From the NCBI GenBank assembly GCA_040400605.1, contig JBBAPZ010000001.1, positions 222,544 to 260,836 on the forward strand: a stretch of DNA of 38,293 nt. Reading direction: 5' to 3'. Positions 36,297 to 38,293 of this stretch are shown here, one piece after another (the first letter of the stretch is position 1; every line of letters begins with the position of its first letter). The stretch comes from Candidatus Sericytochromatia bacterium. Lineage in GTDB: Bacteria; Cyanobacteriota; Sericytochromatia; S15B-MN24; JAQBPE01. Below the pieces are notes generated by a model. The model had not been told where the DNA came from. It did not search any database and saw nothing but the letters and a program-made list of their open reading frames with translations. The position numbers were made by a program, and so were the translations under genes.

Positions 36297-37082
36297 GTGC
36301 ACCCCGTAACCCACGATGACGATTTGAGCACGCCTGCTACCGCCTCACAACCACACGCCAACGCAGAACGTCAGATGAGCGTCGTTGAGCACTTTGAGGA
36401 ACTCCGCACCCGGCTCATCATCTGCTTGATCGCAATCGTCTTGGCAAGCTTGCTGGTGTTTGCTTACCAGGAAAGCCTGTTCGAGGTTCTGCAATGGCCA
36501 CTCCGTGGCGCGGGCGGTGCCAAGACGACACTCGAATTGATTATCACCGCGCCGGGCGAGTATTTCGTGTCAATCGTCAAGGTATCGTTACTGGGTGGCA
36601 TCGCCCTCTCACTGCCCCTCTTGCTGTACCAACTGCTCGCCTTCATCGGGCCTGGACTTCTCGAAGCAGAAAAACGTTGGGCGTTTCCGGTCGTTATCGG
36701 GGCCTGTGTCTCCTTCGGCCTTGGCGCGTGGTTCGGTTTTGCGCTGCTCTTGCCGGTTGGCTTACAATTCCTGCTCGGCATCGCCCCCCAGGATGTTCGA
36801 CCGATGCTCTCCGTTGGCAAGTACCTAAGTTTCGCCGCCGGACTGGTCTTTGCCACAGGCCTGTGCTTCGAACTGCCCATTTTCCTTCTGGCAGCATCCC
36901 GCATTGGCGTCGTCACGAGTTACTCACTGGTACGCTACCGCAAAAATGTCCTGGTCGGCGCCTTCATCCTCGCTGCCATCATCACCCCCTCGATTGATGT
37001 TTTCACCCAAGGCCTCCTTGCAGGGGCCATCTACGCACTGTTTGAATTCAGTATTCTGCTCATCCGCATCACGGGGCGTTAA
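36297..37082 (+). CDS. tatC: Twin-arginine translocase subunit TatC
   Basis: EHFEELRTRL, YQL..FI.PGL...EK, FELP and AAIITP.D motifs, with multiple TM helices. Confidence 0.95.
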   Translation: MHPVTHDDDLSTPATASQPHANAERQMSVVEHFEELRTRLIICLIAIVLASLLVFAYQESLFEVLQWPLRGAGGAKTTLELIITAPGEYFVSIVKVSLLGGIALSLPLLLYQLLAFIGPGLLEAEKRWAFPVVIGACVSFGLGAWFGFALLLPVGLQFLLGIAPQDVRPMLSVGKYLSFAAGLVFATGLCFELPIFLLAASRIGVVTSYSLVRYRKNVLVGAFILAAIITPSIDVFTQGLLAGAIYALFEFSILLIRITGR

Positions 37083-37431
37083 AGATGCGCGCGGTGGTGG
37101 GGGGGGCACGGTCGATCATTTATCCGACCTTCTGTGACAACTGCAATACCGGCGGCTTTCAATTTCGTGTCGGAGAGAAGCTGAGCAGCGTCTGAAACGT
37201 CAACACGGTGAGCAAAACCAGTCGTGACATGGTCAGGCAAAGCGCATCCATCAGACTGAATGACTGATTGTTCGTTAAATATTCGTTGTGGCCATGCCGC
37301 ACGTAACACCCGAAAATGGGTCTGCCAACCCCTGCGTCTTGTTCTGAGGGACAGCGTCCGATCAGTGAAATTGATGGTTGGCAAACAACACTGCTTGGTT
37401 GGTGAATCACCACGTTATCTGATTCACTCGC

Positions 37432-37535
37432 GCACGCAATGGTGACCGGATTTTAAACTGATACGACGTATCCACAGGTGCTTTCCCGATTTTTTTGCAT
37501 TCAACATCCAAGTTTTGAACAATGCCGATACGTAA
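37432..37535 (-). repeat. Dispersed 104-bp intergenic element, copy 4 (more diverged, inverted)
   Basis: Reverse complement matches copy 2 at about 29/46 in the 5' half with one gap. It keeps CACnTG and TCACCA at the expected spacing, and the total span is again 104 bp. Confidence 0.6.
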
Positions 37536-37628
37536 ACGTCCGGGCATTGACACACCTTGAACGCAAATAATGCGGACATTGGCGTATCCAATGCCCGCAT
37601 CCAAGATCGTATGCAGCCCGTCTCCCGA

Positions 37629-38293
37629 CTACTTGGTTGGCGCCTTGAACAAGTGAACCTGGTTGGTTGCGCCGTCGCTAACATACAGGTTGCCCTGCGC
37701 ATCTTGAACGACGGAGCGGGGTTGGCTGACTTGATCCTGCCCAAAGCTCACGACAATCTCATTCTGCTGCACACGCTCAAGGCCTTTGGCTGCCAGACGC
37801 ATCATATGTCCCGTCTTGGAATTAACAACAAATGACGTGGCTGGCAAGCTACCATCTTCGGTTCTGAGCAGTTTCCCATTCATGTCAAAGACATAGCGTT
37901 TGGTTGCGTCGGCTGCCACCACCGTTTGATTGACGATTTGCACGCGATCGACCGTGAACGGCATGTTACGGAACCCCAACACCCCAACATTCTCAAAACT
38001 TCGGGTAAACGTACCCGTCGCCAAACTGTATTGCCTGACTGCCGCATATTTGCCGAGCAGGCCTGACCGCTGATTATCCACCACAAAAATTGACGTACCA
38101 TCAATTGCCAAGCCTTGCACCGCGCTCAAGCCGGAGCCGACCAGCGCCTTGTCATAAGCAGGCGTCAACGCCTGCTTCAGCGCTTCCGCCTCCGCCTTTT
38201 TGCGCGCCTCTTCTTCAGCCTTCAGCCGGGCTTCTTCTTCCGCCTTTTTGCGCGCTTCCTCTTCGGCCTTCAGCCTCGCTTCTTCCTCAGCCT
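37629..38293 (-). CDS. 3' part of an NHL-repeat/beta-propeller protein with an Ala/Glu/Arg/Lys-rich helical stalk (truncated by window end)
   Basis: Frame is open from the window end: AEEEARLK-AEEEARKK repeats, then QGLAIDG..IFVVD and SQPRSVVQDAQGNLYVSDGATNQV. Confidence 0.8.
   Translation of the reverse strand, partial: AEEEARLKAEEEARKKAEEEARLKAEEEARKKAEAEALKQALTPAYDKALVGSGLSAVQGLAIDGTSIFVVDNQRSGLLGKYAAVRQYSLATGTFTRSFENVGVLGFRNMPFTVDRVQIVNQTVVAADATKRYVFDMNGKLLRTEDGSLPATSFVVNSKTGHMMRLAAKGLERVQQNEIVVSFGQDQVSQPRSVVQDAQGNLYVSDGATNQVHLFKAPTK
38196..38291 (-). repeat. 24-bp (8-aa) tandem repeat with a 48-bp higher-order period
   Basis: AEEEARLK AEEEARKK AEEEARLK AEEEARKK, reaching the window edge. 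Confidence 0.92.

Noticed and set aside
37547..37571. TTGACA...AATAAT promoter-like pair
   Set aside because: The spacer is only 13 bp and it points antisense into a gene end.
1..38293. CRISPR array, tRNA/rRNA, IS transposase or prophage
   Set aside because: No repeat-spacer pattern, cloverleaf or transposase/integrase motifs seen; both tandem repeats are intragenic and in frame.

Overview
Gene-dense, GC-rich bacterial chromosomal segment of mostly housekeeping genes: tadA, coaE, rimO-pgsA, gltX, an LCP protein, pspA, prmA, galE-galT-galK, a Cof-type HAD, rapZ-yvcK-whiA, hpf and tatC. I see no rRNA, tRNA, CRISPR array or transposase. Cyanobacterial-type genes (CofE-like protein + GNAT, membrane-anchored YvcK), whiA and a probable outer-membrane beta-barrel together suggest a non-photosynthetic relative of Cyanobacteria such as Sericytochromatia or Melainabacteria; this is inference only. 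Highlights: (1) an unannotated, diverged 104-bp element in four of the largest intergenic gaps (3052-3155 +, 14997-15100 +, 35315-35418 +, 37432-37535 -); the three + copies align without gaps, at about 62-66% identity in the two pairs I counted; (2) an operon of three different amide-bond ligases (circularly permuted ATP-grasp, YbdK/GCS2, RimK-like ATP-grasp); (3) a FlhA/FHIPEP cytoplasmic domain with no membrane domain, an unrecognised N-terminus and an internal insertion; (4) a class A beta-lactamase-fold + SH3 + NlpC/P60 fusion back-to-back with a dipeptidase; (5) a CofE-like ligase-GNAT-PspA operon. All family calls come from motif recognition by eye, not database searches.
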